A DNA stretch of 64,000 nucleotides from positions 186,001 to 250,000 of the IMG/VR virus record IMGVR_UViG_3300027759_006101. One strand, 5' to 3'. The notes beneath the pieces are model-generated. The model saw only the letters and a program-made list of their open reading frames with translations, had not been told where the DNA came from and searched no databases. Position numbers and translations under genes: made by a program. Below, in pieces: positions 9,233-18,438 of this stretch. How positions within the stretch are numbered: the stretch's first letter is position 1; each line of letters opens with the position of its first letter.

Positions 9233-10294
9233 ATGGAAAACTTTATTTATTTAGCTGAACATTTTGACAATTGTGGTGATTACGAGCTTTCAGACAAACT
9301 ATTTAAAATAGCGCAATTAAGTACAGTCCTTCCAAATAATTCCAAAGGAATTCCAAAATATTTAAAAGCCTTAAATCCTATGATGGGAATAGCTTTATCT
9401 CCCGAAGGTTTAGCTATTGAAAAAAAAGTTATAGATGAAGCTCAAGCTAATCCAGTTTATCAGGGAGCTAGTAAAGTTCAAGAATTATCAGAACAAGTTA
9501 AATCTCCTGTAAGTAATGCAAAAACAATTGCTTCAATTGGAAACTTAACAGGTTGGTTTACTAAAAATATTCCCTCAATGATAAAAACATTAGATGCTGC
9601 TGAACAAAAGCTTGATGTGTTTAGTAAGTATCCACTTGCACAAAAAGTTTTTCAAACTTTAGACATTGTAAATCTTATCAAAGATTCAGTTGAATTTTTA
9701 ACAAATATTTATAAGTCGGGATTTAATGCAATGTATAAAAATGACCCAGGCGGAGTAACAAAATATTTAGCTAGGATCGTTAGTACTTTTACAAATCCAA
9801 ACTTGACAAAATATTTTCCTCCTATATTGCCATTACAACCACAATTGATGGCTTTAAATACATTAAGTTCGGGAATGGGTTTAATGGTTAGTGGAGCAGA
9901 ATCCCTTGGAACATTTTATGGAAATATGGAAAATAAAGGTAGTAATAGAATAGAACAAATTCCACAAGCACAAGCATATACTAGCCAAGGAATGAAAGCT
10001 AAAGGTGCCACGATGCCATTAGATGAATTAGCGCTAAAGTATGGTGAAGTTTATAATGTTTTGTTAGATTATGTAAATAAAAAAGCCACAGTTCCAGAAA
10101 TGATTACAAAACTTGGCAATGAGCCTGGAAGAATGGCTTTGATGAGTGCTCACATTGCTCAAGGTATTCTTCCGCCAGCAAATGGACAGTATCAAATTTC
10201 CAGCTACAAGAGAGCCCGTGATCAAGCTCAAAAACAAAATCAAAAGAATTATGTTTACAGTCCTGGATCTGGAGGAATGGGATATTCAAGATAA
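9233..10294 (+). CDS. hypothetical putative virion-internal protein with shared helical leader
   Basis: N-terminus MENFIYLAEHFDNCGDYELSDKLFKIAQ; GTAGAATA upstream. Confidence 0.7.
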   Translation: MENFIYLAEHFDNCGDYELSDKLFKIAQLSTVLPNNSKGIPKYLKALNPMMGIALSPEGLAIEKKVIDEAQANPVYQGASKVQELSEQVKSPVSNAKTIASIGNLTGWFTKNIPSMIKTLDAAEQKLDVFSKYPLAQKVFQTLDIVNLIKDSVEFLTNIYKSGFNAMYKNDPGGVTKYLARIVSTFTNPNLTKYFPPILPLQPQLMALNTLSSGMGLMVSGAESLGTFYGNMENKGSNRIEQIPQAQAYTSQGMKAKGATMPLDELALKYGEVYNVLLDYVNKKATVPEMITKLGNEPGRMALMSAHIAQGILPPANGQYQISSYKRARDQAQKQNQKNYVYSPGSGGMGYSR

Positions 10295-10912
10295 TTAGTT
10301 GTCTTGTAGTCTTTTTCTTCGATTAGTCAGTGTCTCATCTTCATAGCACCAGTATTTAGGGCCTTGAATTTCTTTTTGAGAAATAAGTCCTGTTTTTCTT
10401 GCAGCTTCTGTTAGGGTAAGTACTTGAGAATTAAATAAAACTGTATTTTCTGAAAATACAGTGCAAGTAATTTCTTCATTTTTACAAAAGTAAAGTACAG
10501 AGCCTAGTGGGATATAAGCTTTCGAAAAAGTAAAATTAGCTTCTCTTTTCCTTGCAACTTTTTCTATTTCTTTAAGTTCATCTGGTTCAATGTATGTATT
10601 TTCTTCTGGAGTAACATCTACAGGATTTGCCAAAGAAAGTGCTGTTTTAACTTGTTCTGGATCCACGTTAAAAAATTCACGTCTAGGATTGACTCTACTC
10701 GAATTAAATAATTTGTGAATAGTATCTTCAACTTTTTGTGCATTTTGGACTTTGCAAGCGTAATAAATTCCAAATGGATATGGAACTGATGTTGATGAGG
10801 ATAGTTCTTTGACTCTTTCCTTAACATCATTCTTTTCAGTAAATCCAATCTTATAAATATCTGGCATACCAATATTGCTTAAAATATAAACTATTCCTAA
10901 ATTTTCATTCAT
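10295..10912 (-). CDS. T5orf172/MUG113 (GIY-YIG) domain protein
   Basis: GIVYILSN.GMPDIYKIGFT...ERVKELSSSTSVPYPF...REFF. Confidence 0.85.
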   Translation of the reverse strand: MNENLGIVYILSNIGMPDIYKIGFTEKNDVKERVKELSSSTSVPYPFGIYYACKVQNAQKVEDTIHKLFNSSRVNPRREFFNVDPEQVKTALSLANPVDVTPEENTYIEPDELKEIEKVARKREANFTFSKAYIPLGSVLYFCKNEEITCTVFSENTVLFNSQVLTLTEAARKTGLISQKEIQGPKYWCYEDETLTNRRKRLQDN

Positions 10913-10947
10913 AAAAAGATTATACGTTTAGGTAATAATATTTGAAT

Positions 10948-11424
10948 TTACATTTCAGATAAATGTTTCATTCCGTATCCCACCCAGTTTACAAAGTCTT
11001 CAATAGTAAATACTTTGATAATCTTTTTGCTATTGGGGTCAAGATACTTTTTATTATTTGCAGCTGTCCTAATCCACTCGAAAGCTTTAGGTTTATATCC
11101 TCCGCCATCTAGTATGATTATGATTTCGTCTTCTGCCCATACTTCTGCAGCATTTTGTAGTAAGTATGGGAATTTTTCATCTACACTTCCAGATACACTT
11201 TGCCATTTACATTCAATTCTTATTTTTCTGTCATCAAAGCAGATTAAAAATTCTGTACGGCATTTGCTTCCATAGATTGAGATGTATGGAATGTGTTTAA
11301 TGATAGTGCGTTCTGTATCATTGTTTTTGATATAATCTGCGTAAGAAATTTCTCGAAACTTGTTGCTGATAAAGAAATCATAAACAAATCTTTCTAATTG
11401 TTTTCCGCTTTTTGTATCTGGCAT
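10948..11424 (-). CDS. PD-(D/E)XK restriction-endonuclease-like protein
   Basis: TEF...RIECKWQSVSGSVDEKFPYLL...IIILDGGGY motif; start moved to ATG 11424 (AAGG RBS, just after the dam stop). Confidence 0.7.
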   Translation of the reverse strand: MPDTKSGKQLERFVYDFFISNKFREISYADYIKNNDTERTIIKHIPYISIYGSKCRTEFLICFDDRKIRIECKWQSVSGSVDEKFPYLLQNAAEVWAEDEIIIILDGGGYKPKAFEWIRTAANNKKYLDPNSKKIIKVFTIEDFVNWVGYGMKHLSEM

Positions 11425-11425
11425 A

Positions 11426-12235
11426 TTATTTACCTTTATATATTGCAAGCAATTCAGGAGCGTTCTTCCTATTTTCTGCTTTACTTGCTATAGTTCTCTT
11501 AACGTCAAAAGAAATTATATCATCTGCGTCTTTATATATATCTCGAATATCTTTTGTATCGTGATTTGATATTACAACAGTGCAAGAACGTTCTTTAGAA
11601 TATTGTATTGCTAAATCTCTTAATTGCAAGTGTTCTTTGATAGAAAAATCGTTTGTAGAGTATTTACTAAAATCAGCAGTATCAGTAAGTGGTAAGTATG
11701 GTGGGTCGCAATAAATTACTGTATTTTCATCTGCTTGTTTGAAAAGTTCAGAAAAATCTTCATTAAGGAATACAAAATTATTTTTAGTATAATCATGGAA
11801 TTCAATAATTTCTTTCTCTGGAAAATAAGGTGCTTTAAATTTGCCAAAAGGCACGTTAAACTTACCTTTACTATTGTATCTACATAATCCATTGAAGCAG
11901 TGTCTATTTAGATATAAAAACAGTGCAGATTTGAGATTTTTATCAGGGGTGTTATTATATAGTTCACGTAATTCATAAAATCTTGTTTCTTCATTACCAT
12001 TTAGGAAAAAGTCTTGCGCTAATTTTATAAACTCTGTGGGATTTTTTTGAATTAGCTGATACATATTAATCATATCAGCATTAATGTCATTACAAATATA
12101 TTTTTTAAAATTTGTATTTAGTGAAACAGCGCAACTTCCAGCAAAAGGTTCAATTAATGTTTCGCCAACAAGGCAAGGAGCAATTTTCTCAATGATGGAA
12201 GATTTATTTCCAGCCCATTTCATAAACGTTTTCAT
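11426..12235 (-). CDS. dam: DNA adenine methyltransferase (Dam, D12 class)
   Basis: FMKWAGNK, IEPFAGS, CNDIN, LYLNRHCFNGLCRYN...FNVPFG and YCDPPY motifs. Confidence 0.93.
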   Translation of the reverse strand: MKTFMKWAGNKSSIIEKIAPCLVGETLIEPFAGSCAVSLNTNFKKYICNDINADMINMYQLIQKNPTEFIKLAQDFFLNGNEETRFYELRELYNNTPDKNLKSALFLYLNRHCFNGLCRYNSKGKFNVPFGKFKAPYFPEKEIIEFHDYTKNNFVFLNEDFSELFKQADENTVIYCDPPYLPLTDTADFSKYSTNDFSIKEHLQLRDLAIQYSKERSCTVVISNHDTKDIRDIYKDADDIISFDVKRTIASKAENRKNAPELLAIYKGK

Positions 12236-12251
12236 AGGGCTATTATATCAC

Positions 12252-12282
12252 AAAAAAATCCCCTCATTTCTGGGGGGATTTT
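12252..12282. terminator. intrinsic terminator
   Basis: AAAAAAATCCCC(C)...GGGGGATTTT downstream of - strand gene 12288..12746. Confidence 0.8.
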
Positions 12283-12287
12283 ATTAT

Positions 12288-12746
12288 CTAGAAATCTGAG
12301 TCTTTATCAAAGTATCCTTTCTTGTCATCACCATACATATCTTCATCGTCTTCTGGTGATTCATAGTCGAATTCATCTTCTTCAGGTCCCATATCGAAAT
12401 CATCTTCCATATCTTCGGCATATTCATCATCTTCATCAAATGACATTTCTGATGCTCTGCCAGATTCTTGATTTAGGATATTCATAATAGAAGAAATATC
12501 CTCGTCATTAAGATCGCCTTCAGAATGTGCCTTCATAAGAGAATCAATAAGTGTGTCAAATTCATCTGTTTTAGCATCCAAATCATCTGAAGCTTCGTCA
12601 TCTGGATTGTATACCATAGGATCGAATTTATCGTCCATCATATCTTCGGCTATTTTTGTCAAAGAGTTTGCTTCGCCGTGAAGTTTAGAATTGTCAAGAA
12701 GGTTTGCAATCTTGATTAATTCTTTAGTAATTATCAATCTGTTCAT
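12288..12746 (-). CDS. very acidic hypothetical protein with shared helical leader (scaffold/internal-protein-like)
   Basis: MNRLIITKELIKIANLLDNSKLHGEANSLTKIAE, then D/E-rich. Confidence 0.7.
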   Translation of the reverse strand: MNRLIITKELIKIANLLDNSKLHGEANSLTKIAEDMMDDKFDPMVYNPDDEASDDLDAKTDEFDTLIDSLMKAHSEGDLNDEDISSIMNILNQESGRASEMSFDEDDEYAEDMEDDFDMGPEEDEFDYESPEDDEDMYGDDKKGYFDKDSDF

Positions 12747-12845
12747 AAAAACTTTTTCCTTATTCGGATTTATAATTTATTTTTACAAGTAAGAAATGTT
12801 TTTTCCTGGCATTCAAAATAAAATACAAACTTGTATAATAAGAAT

Positions 12846-13595
12846 ATGAAATTCAATACTAATCTTTCTGCTCCTGTGGCAAGTCCTGTAATTGGTGCGC
12901 CTGTAAGAAAACCAGTAGTAGTTTGTTGTATTCCCGGAAAAGAATTTACCCCTGGTTTTTTTGATTCTTGGACAAAGCTTACACTTGCTACTTCTCGTGG
13001 TCTTCCTTTTGACATCATTGTTTCACGACATTATTCTCCTGTAATTTTTCACTGTAGAGCAAACTTACTAGGTGCTGACAACAGAGCAGGTGTTCATCAA
13101 ATTCCATTCCAAGGAAAAATTGATTACGATTACATTATGTGGTTTGACTCAGATATCGTTTTTGAGCCTGAGCAAGTATTACAGCTTTTCACAAAAATGC
13201 AAAGAGATCGTTCGTTGGAAGTTCTTTGTGGAATTTATCTTACTACTTCTGGCACTCACTCTACCATTGTCAAGGATTGGGATTTGGATTTCTTCTTAAA
13301 GACGGGTATGTTCCCATTCTTAAGTCCAGCAGATTTAAAGAACATTGCAAGCGAATCACCAAAGAAGCTTGCTGAAGTATTCTACGCAGGTATGGGCTTT
13401 ATGATGTGTCGAAAAGGCGCATTGGAGAAAGTTACATATCCTTGGTTCGAGCCAGCAATGCACGAAATTGATATCAGTCGTGATTTTTCATCAGAAGACG
13501 TTTCATTATGTTGGAAGTGGAAGGATGCTGGAGTCAAGGTTTGGGTTGATCCTGAAGTTATTGTCGGACACGAAAAACAAATTATCATCAGATAG
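12846..13595 (+). CDS. GT-A fold (GT2-like) glycosyltransferase
   Basis: YIMWFDSDIVF (DxD), GMGFMMCRK and SEDVSLCWK...GVKVWVDP...VGHEK; start moved to ATG 12846. Confidence 0.8.
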   Translation: MKFNTNLSAPVASPVIGAPVRKPVVVCCIPGKEFTPGFFDSWTKLTLATSRGLPFDIIVSRHYSPVIFHCRANLLGADNRAGVHQIPFQGKIDYDYIMWFDSDIVFEPEQVLQLFTKMQRDRSLEVLCGIYLTTSGTHSTIVKDWDLDFFLKTGMFPFLSPADLKNIASESPKKLAEVFYAGMGFMMCRKGALEKVTYPWFEPAMHEIDISRDFSSEDVSLCWKWKDAGVKVWVDPEVIVGHEKQIIIR

Positions 13596-13596
13596 T

Positions 13597-13625
13597 AAAA
13601 AAGGTCTCTTTCGAGACCTTTTTTT
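13597..13625. terminator. bidirectional terminator
   Basis: AAAAAAGGTCTC-TTTC-GAGACCTTTTTTT. Confidence 0.9.
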
Positions 13626-13893
13626 ATTTGTAAAACTTTTCCAATTTATTTTCTAACTGAGCAAACTTTATAAAATATGGAACAAGTGAAGATAGTAATT
13701 CTGTTATCTCATTGATATTTTCTAATTTATCTTTTGATTCATTGTCTGTGTCAATCAAATTTTCAGAAACAACGTGCATCTTGAATTCTTCTGCTTTAGA
13801 TAATACAGGAGAGAAATGCTCGATAAAACTAATGAAAGAGCCTAATAATTCTTGATGTAAAACTTTATCTATTTCAATGCCAACATTTTTCAT
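13624..13893 (-). CDS. hypothetical protein
   Basis: Last ORF of a coupled - strand operon. Confidence 0.6.
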   Translation of the reverse strand: MKNVGIEIDKVLHQELLGSFISFIEHFSPVLSKAEEFKMHVVSENLIDTDNESKDKLENINEITELLSSLVPYFIKFAQLENKLEKFYK

Positions 13894-14348
13894 AACTTTG
13901 CCTCTAATATTTTAAAACTCATATCGTAGAAATCAGATAATAATTTTTTGTGCTGATTTTCATCTTCTAAAAAATTATGAGCCCAATGAACTGAAATAAT
14001 AGCATATTTATCATCAGTAAATCCCCAAGATACATTGATTCCATTAGTGTTGCATAATGGCAATGGGGTTATTTCGTCAATTTTGGGGTCTAAAGTATTA
14101 AATAACAATCCTAATAAGACAGGAATGCATTTTTTCTTAACAATAAATACAAAATAAGGCAGTGATTGTGAATTATCATCATGGTTATGTCCTTCACAAC
14201 TAAACAAAGTCCAGCACCAGGAAGATTTATTGATGTTTTTGATAGTTTCTTTGATGCTTGTATCTATAGAGCTGTCAGCATCAAAGTCGTATTCGCTTGG
14301 ATCATCAAATTTAATTTTGTTTAGAAAATCTTTAAGACTTGATTTCAT
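13890..14348 (-). CDS. hypothetical protein with ID..I...IN.....T..SCEGH motif (TYW3 N-terminus-like)
   Basis: IDTSIKETIKNINKSSWCWTLFSCEGH. Confidence 0.5.
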   Translation of the reverse strand: MKSSLKDFLNKIKFDDPSEYDFDADSSIDTSIKETIKNINKSSWCWTLFSCEGHNHDDNSQSLPYFVFIVKKKCIPVLLGLLFNTLDPKIDEITPLPLCNTNGINVSWGFTDDKYAIISVHWAHNFLEDENQHKKLLSDFYDMSFKILEAKL

Positions 14349-14590
14349 AGGTTGATTGTATCGTCTTTTCTAAAATCTTGTTGTTTGTTAATTGCAACAA
14401 TCAATGAATCTTTAAAATAAATACCTGAGGTAGTAATTTCATGAACATCGATAGAGCATTCTCTATTATTATCTACAAAATCATCACGAAGATCATATAA
14501 TAGGAATTCCTTACCATTATAAATTACTGATAAATTTTCAAAATAAAGATCAATGAGTTTATCGATTGCAGAAACATCACATACTAACAT
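14345..14590 (-). CDS. hypothetical protein
   Basis: Coupled ORF. Confidence 0.55.
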   Translation of the reverse strand: MLVCDVSAIDKLIDLYFENLSVIYNGKEFLLYDLRDDFVDNNRECSIDVHEITTSGIYFKDSLIVAINKQQDFRKDDTINL

Positions 14591-15177
14591 TATTGAGTGT
14601 ATCCTATATTTAATCTACGAATAAGATGGGTGAAATTATAATTGCGAACAAGATGGTAAAGAAAATAAGCCCGTCTACCAAAAGAAAACGCACGAAATTC
14701 GGATTCTGTTTTAAATACTTGTGTACCATCATCATATTGGCTTGGAGTTCTGATGCCGACTTTTGCCCATTCTTTTTGTTTGGTAAATCTACTCTCTATA
14801 ACAGACAAAAGAAAATCCCATTCTTCTTGGTTATATCTGTCATTTTCTGGCTCTAAAAACTCATCAAATTCAATCTTTTTATGAGAGAATGAGCTTTTAT
14901 GAATAACGACATAAATCTCTTGTTTATTAGCTTTTTCAACTGGTGGTAATTCTAGAGACCAGCCTATATATTTTGAAACACAATATTCAGGAGCAGAATG
15001 ATTTTTGACTCGCATTTGTCCTGTCTCTAAATTAATCATATGATCAATGCAATAATGATCGTGGAATTCAGGGACTGTATCAGAATCTGTCTCAAACGAT
15101 TCAACAAATTTGAATTCAGATTTGTATTTTTCTGTGCTTGGTACGTATCGCCAAAAAGAATGTTTGTATTTAGCCAT
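14590..15177 (-). CDS. hypothetical protein
   Basis: 195-aa coupled ORF. Confidence 0.65.
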   Translation of the reverse strand: MAKYKHSFWRYVPSTEKYKSEFKFVESFETDSDTVPEFHDHYCIDHMINLETGQMRVKNHSAPEYCVSKYIGWSLELPPVEKANKQEIYVVIHKSSFSHKKIEFDEFLEPENDRYNQEEWDFLLSVIESRFTKQKEWAKVGIRTPSQYDDGTQVFKTESEFRAFSFGRRAYFLYHLVRNYNFTHLIRRLNIGYTQ

Positions 15178-15841
15178 TTTTTATAATCTTAAGTCTAGGT
15201 AGTGTTCCTATATTCTTGATTATATCATCATTATCAATACTGTCAATGCACTTACAAATGTCATAAGCCCATTTCGCTTTACGATTAATAAATTTATCTT
15301 CAATTGAAAAATAATAATTACTTTCAACTAAATTTCTTGCTAACAAACCAGCTGCAAATAAATCTGTTTCAAAATCATCTAAAGTGTTGTATTTTTTAAA
15401 AGATATTATATAAGAAAAATCTCCAACTAAGATTTTCCAATACAAAGTGCAAGCTATATTTATAATACGTAATTCATTTTCTGATAATTTGACATTAATA
15501 TTATTAATTCTTTTATTTTTCATAATTATGCCAGTATCAATAAATTTTTGCTTTACATCTACTAATAAAAAACCAAAATCTCCCAGTTGTAAAACATTTA
15601 ATAATTTGTTATTATAATGTTTTACTTGCATATCTGCTAAAAAATGATGAAGCTTAATCATTCTTGAGTCAAATATTTCTGGGAGATCGATTTTGTTTTC
15701 TAAATAAGTTTTTTTATTTTCTATGAATAATGATTCTATTCGGGTAAGTTCGCCTTTACTAATTGATTTCAAAATATCCAAAGATTTGGAAATAAGTTTG
15801 ATGTGAGCAATCTCAAATCTTATTTTGAAATCATACAACAT
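15170..15841 (-). CDS. hypothetical protein
   Basis: 223-aa coupled ORF. Confidence 0.6.
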   Translation of the reverse strand: MLYDFKIRFEIAHIKLISKSLDILKSISKGELTRIESLFIENKKTYLENKIDLPEIFDSRMIKLHHFLADMQVKHYNNKLLNVLQLGDFGFLLVDVKQKFIDTGIIMKNKRINNINVKLSENELRIINIACTLYWKILVGDFSYIISFKKYNTLDDFETDLFAAGLLARNLVESNYYFSIEDKFINRKAKWAYDICKCIDSIDNDDIIKNIGTLPRLKIIKNG

Positions 15842-15842
15842 A

Positions 15843-16391
15843 CTAATCTAAAATTTCAAAACTAAAGTCCAAAGGACCAAAAACTGTTATTGCAATTTCT
15901 TCTTCTGTTGAGAGTGGGTATTTAAATTTATAATATGACAACCAATCACTAATTACTGGTGGCTTTGGAGCTAAACCATTTTGAACATAGTACTGAGTTA
16001 AGTTTTTATAAGTGCGATTGTCAAAAGGATTTACGTTAAAAAGAACTAAATCTTCTTCGTTAGTTGTAGGTTGGCTAAGGGTAACTATATAGTTTTCCAA
16101 TTGTAGTTTATTTTTAAGCAAATATTCTTCAAGCTTTTTTGAGTTATCTGGAAGTTCTTCCAATAAAGTTCCTTTTTCGTAAACTTTATATTTTCGTGTG
16201 GATTCAACTTCTGCAACGTTTGATTGTTCAACAGGCTCTGGCATTTCTTCAGCAATAGCTTCTACAATTGAATCAAATTCTTTCTTAGCTTCCAAATCTG
16301 ATATAAGCTCAGAAGAAATTTCGTTATTATCAACTACAAAAGGTTCGTCAATTTCAATATGTGGAATATCAACTTTTTTAGGTCTTGGCAT
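15843..16391 (-). CDS. hypothetical acidic protein
   Basis: 182-aa ORF with AGGA RBS. Confidence 0.65.
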   Translation of the reverse strand: MPRPKKVDIPHIEIDEPFVVDNNEISSELISDLEAKKEFDSIVEAIAEEMPEPVEQSNVAEVESTRKYKVYEKGTLLEELPDNSKKLEEYLLKNKLQLENYIVTLSQPTTNEEDLVLFNVNPFDNRTYKNLTQYYVQNGLAPKPPVISDWLSYYKFKYPLSTEEEIAITVFGPLDFSFEILD

Positions 16392-16422
16392 TTTTGTTTT
16401 TCCTTACCGCTAGTAAAAGAGA

Positions 16423-16764
16423 TTAATTACTTATTTTTTTTACTGCTCTCCATAAACTTATACCTATTATTACATTTAGCATCAATAATATCAGAGCTAA
16501 ATGGTAATTATTTTGAATATATTTATATAAGAATGGTCCAAAAGCAGAGGATGCAATAATACTGGCCATTGTGAAAAAAATAAATTTGAGCATTATTTTA
16601 GAAGAAAACTCATCTTTATATTTTTCAAAGTGCTTACATCTTTGGCAAGTTTTGTCAAATGTGTCAGTAGTAAATGGCTGTTTGCAAAATGTACAAATTT
16701 CCCACCACGGCTTATACGTGTGGGAACTTTTACGAGATATGAGTGTTTTATCAATTAAACTCAT
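16423..16764 (-). CDS. membrane protein with CxxC...CxxC motif
   Basis: ICTFC/TCQRC plus two hydrophobic segments; TATAAT 6 nt upstream of ATG. Confidence 0.65.
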   Translation of the reverse strand: MSLIDKTLISRKSSHTYKPWWEICTFCKQPFTTDTFDKTCQRCKHFEKYKDEFSSKIMLKFIFFTMASIIASSAFGPFLYKYIQNNYHLALILLMLNVIIGISLWRAVKKISN

Positions 16765-16775
16765 ACTTATATTAT

Positions 16776-16806
16776 AAAGGGGAAGATAAAATTTATCTTC
16801 CCCTTT
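16776..16806. terminator. intrinsic terminator
   Basis: AAAGGGGAAGATAAA-A-TTTATCTTCCCCTTT. Confidence 0.85.
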
Positions 16807-16815
16807 AGTCTTAAG

Positions 16816-17337
16816 TTAGAATACTTGCTTTACGAAATTACGTACAGTTTTCTCAGCTTTCGCCGGAGTACTCATAACGTTGCGAACAAGAGTCATAGGA
16901 TCAACAGCCACTGCAACTGTTGGGTAGTAAGAATTGTTGACATTGAAACCACGTTGCAATTCAACGCCACGTACAGTGACACCAGCAGCAACTGAAAGAC
17001 CTGGAGCAACTGGCCCAAATTCAACCATTGCAGAAGCACCAGCATATGCCTTGTCTACATTCTTATTAGTTGAAAGTGTTGCAGTTGTATAGAATTTCAG
17101 TCCTTGAAAGCTGAATGATTGCAAAGTCTTTTGTACTGCACCATTACCATTCTTATTATCATAGATGCCAACAAACTTTACATCATTGACGCTCTTAACT
17201 TCAACGCCATATGACTTAGCATGAAAAGTGCCAGTGCCTTCCTTGACTGGAGGCTTTGCTGGTCCAAAGATTGGATCTGCAGCAAATGCTGATGTTGCAA
17301 CACAAAGTGCAACTAATGAAAGTAAAATATTCTTCAT
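16816..17337 (-). CDS. exported beta-strand-rich protein (signal peptide)
   Basis: MKNILLSLVALCVATSAFA signal peptide; alternating beta pattern. Confidence 0.7.
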   Translation of the reverse strand: MKNILLSLVALCVATSAFAADPIFGPAKPPVKEGTGTFHAKSYGVEVKSVNDVKFVGIYDNKNGNGAVQKTLQSFSFQGLKFYTTATLSTNKNVDKAYAGASAMVEFGPVAPGLSVAAGVTVRGVELQRGFNVNNSYYPTVAVAVDPMTLVRNVMSTPAKAEKTVRNFVKQVF

Positions 17338-17371
17338 TTTATTTTTCCTTTTTCAAATGAAACTTTAACCA

Positions 17372-17947
17372 TTATACCGTTGTTTCTTCATATCTATGAG
17401 AAATTTCACGGTATTTTTCTTGCAACAACTTCTTAGCCCTAAAGACACGAGATTTAACAGTGCCAATTGGAATTTTTTGTTGAATTGCAATATCTTTGTA
17501 GTCTACATCGTGAACTACATTCAATTTAAAAGTATTTACGTGAATATTATCTTCAAAATGAGACAATAATTCTTTGACTAAATTAGTTTGACTATCAAAA
17601 TTACACAAAGTTTCAGAAAAGTCATCCACCGAAATTTGCTCAAATAGAAATAAATCTTCAGAAGAATCTAAAGTATATTCATTTTTATTGTATGTTTTTC
17701 TAAATGTATCAAGATACATATTAACAGCAATTACAGTAAGCCAAGTTTTTAGCGAGGAATCACCTTGCCATTTATCAACAAATTTTACTGCTTTAATAAT
17801 TGCATTTTGCACTGCATCTTCAACATCTTCTCTTCTGGCTTTGGGAAATTTTCTAAACAAGTAATTATGTAAGAATTCTCTATAACTACAAATTTGTAAT
17901 TCTTTTGTCATTGCATTTCTAATGAATAATCGCACAAAGGTTTCCAA
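17372..17947 (-). CDS. ECF-type RNA polymerase sigma factor
   Basis: VEDAVQNAIIKA, SSLKTWLTVIAVNMYLD and YKDIA...IPIGTVKSRVFRAKKLL. Confidence 0.88.
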   Translation of the reverse strand: METFVRLFIRNAMTKELQICSYREFLHNYLFRKFPKARREDVEDAVQNAIIKAVKFVDKWQGDSSLKTWLTVIAVNMYLDTFRKTYNKNEYTLDSSEDLFLFEQISVDDFSETLCNFDSQTNLVKELLSHFEDNIHVNTFKLNVVHDVDYKDIAIQQKIPIGTVKSRVFRAKKLLQEKYREISHRYEETTV

Positions 17948-18438
17948 TAACTCAATGCTTTTTCAAGAAACACCAAACCATTTTCAGTATCATTGTTTTT
18001 CCATAACATTGCCTGAAAAACACAATAATAAGAAAGACTTACTAGATTTTCTTGAGCACGATTAGATAAATTCTCATAAAAGTTTGAATGTGGTTTTTTA
18101 ATTTCCTGAATGAGACAAGACATCAAAATAGCATAGTTAGCAAGATCAATTACTGTATCTTCAGCTTTTTCAGAAAGAACAAGATATTCTTTTTCTTTGA
18201 GAAAGTTTTCAAGACGAGACATTTTATCGCCAATTCTTACTAAACAACCTCGCCAAGCATCAATCCCAGCATCCTCACACTTGCGCAGATTGCCCATAGG
18301 AAGACCAGTAGCAGAATAATCATTATCCTTTGCTTCGTAGACTGCTTGCATATTATCAAGAATATCTAAAGCTGTTTCGTCTTTAAACATACTTTTGATT
18401 TCGAAAATAGTTTTATCGTAAAATTTATTTCTTGACAT
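17908..18438 (-). CDS. DUF1599 (nucleotide modification-associated domain 1) protein
   Basis: KDNDYS...LVRIGDKMSRL...EDTVIDLANYAIL. Confidence 0.75.
   Translation of the reverse strand: MSRNKFYDKTIFEIKSMFKDETALDILDNMQAVYEAKDNDYSATGLPMGNLRKCEDAGIDAWRGCLVRIGDKMSRLENFLKEKEYLVLSEKAEDTVIDLANYAILMSCLIQEIKKPHSNFYENLSNRAQENLVSLSYYCVFQAMLWKNNDTENGLVFLEKALSYWKPLCDYSLEMQ

Larger units (their letters stand above)
74..11547 (+). repeat. Dispersed, strand-polarised CTCGAA/CTCTAA (CTCKAA) motif array
   Basis: By-eye count: 38 CTCGAA on + in 74-11547 and 22 CTCTAA in 149-6663. No TTCGAG seen in this interval; CTCGAA is nearly absent downstream. Confidence 0.85.

Noticed and set aside
74-11547. CTCGAA explained as restriction-site avoidance or amino-acid bias
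   Set aside because: The motif is enriched rather than depleted, is present in non-coding DNA and in genes of both orientations, and uses disfavoured synonymous codons.
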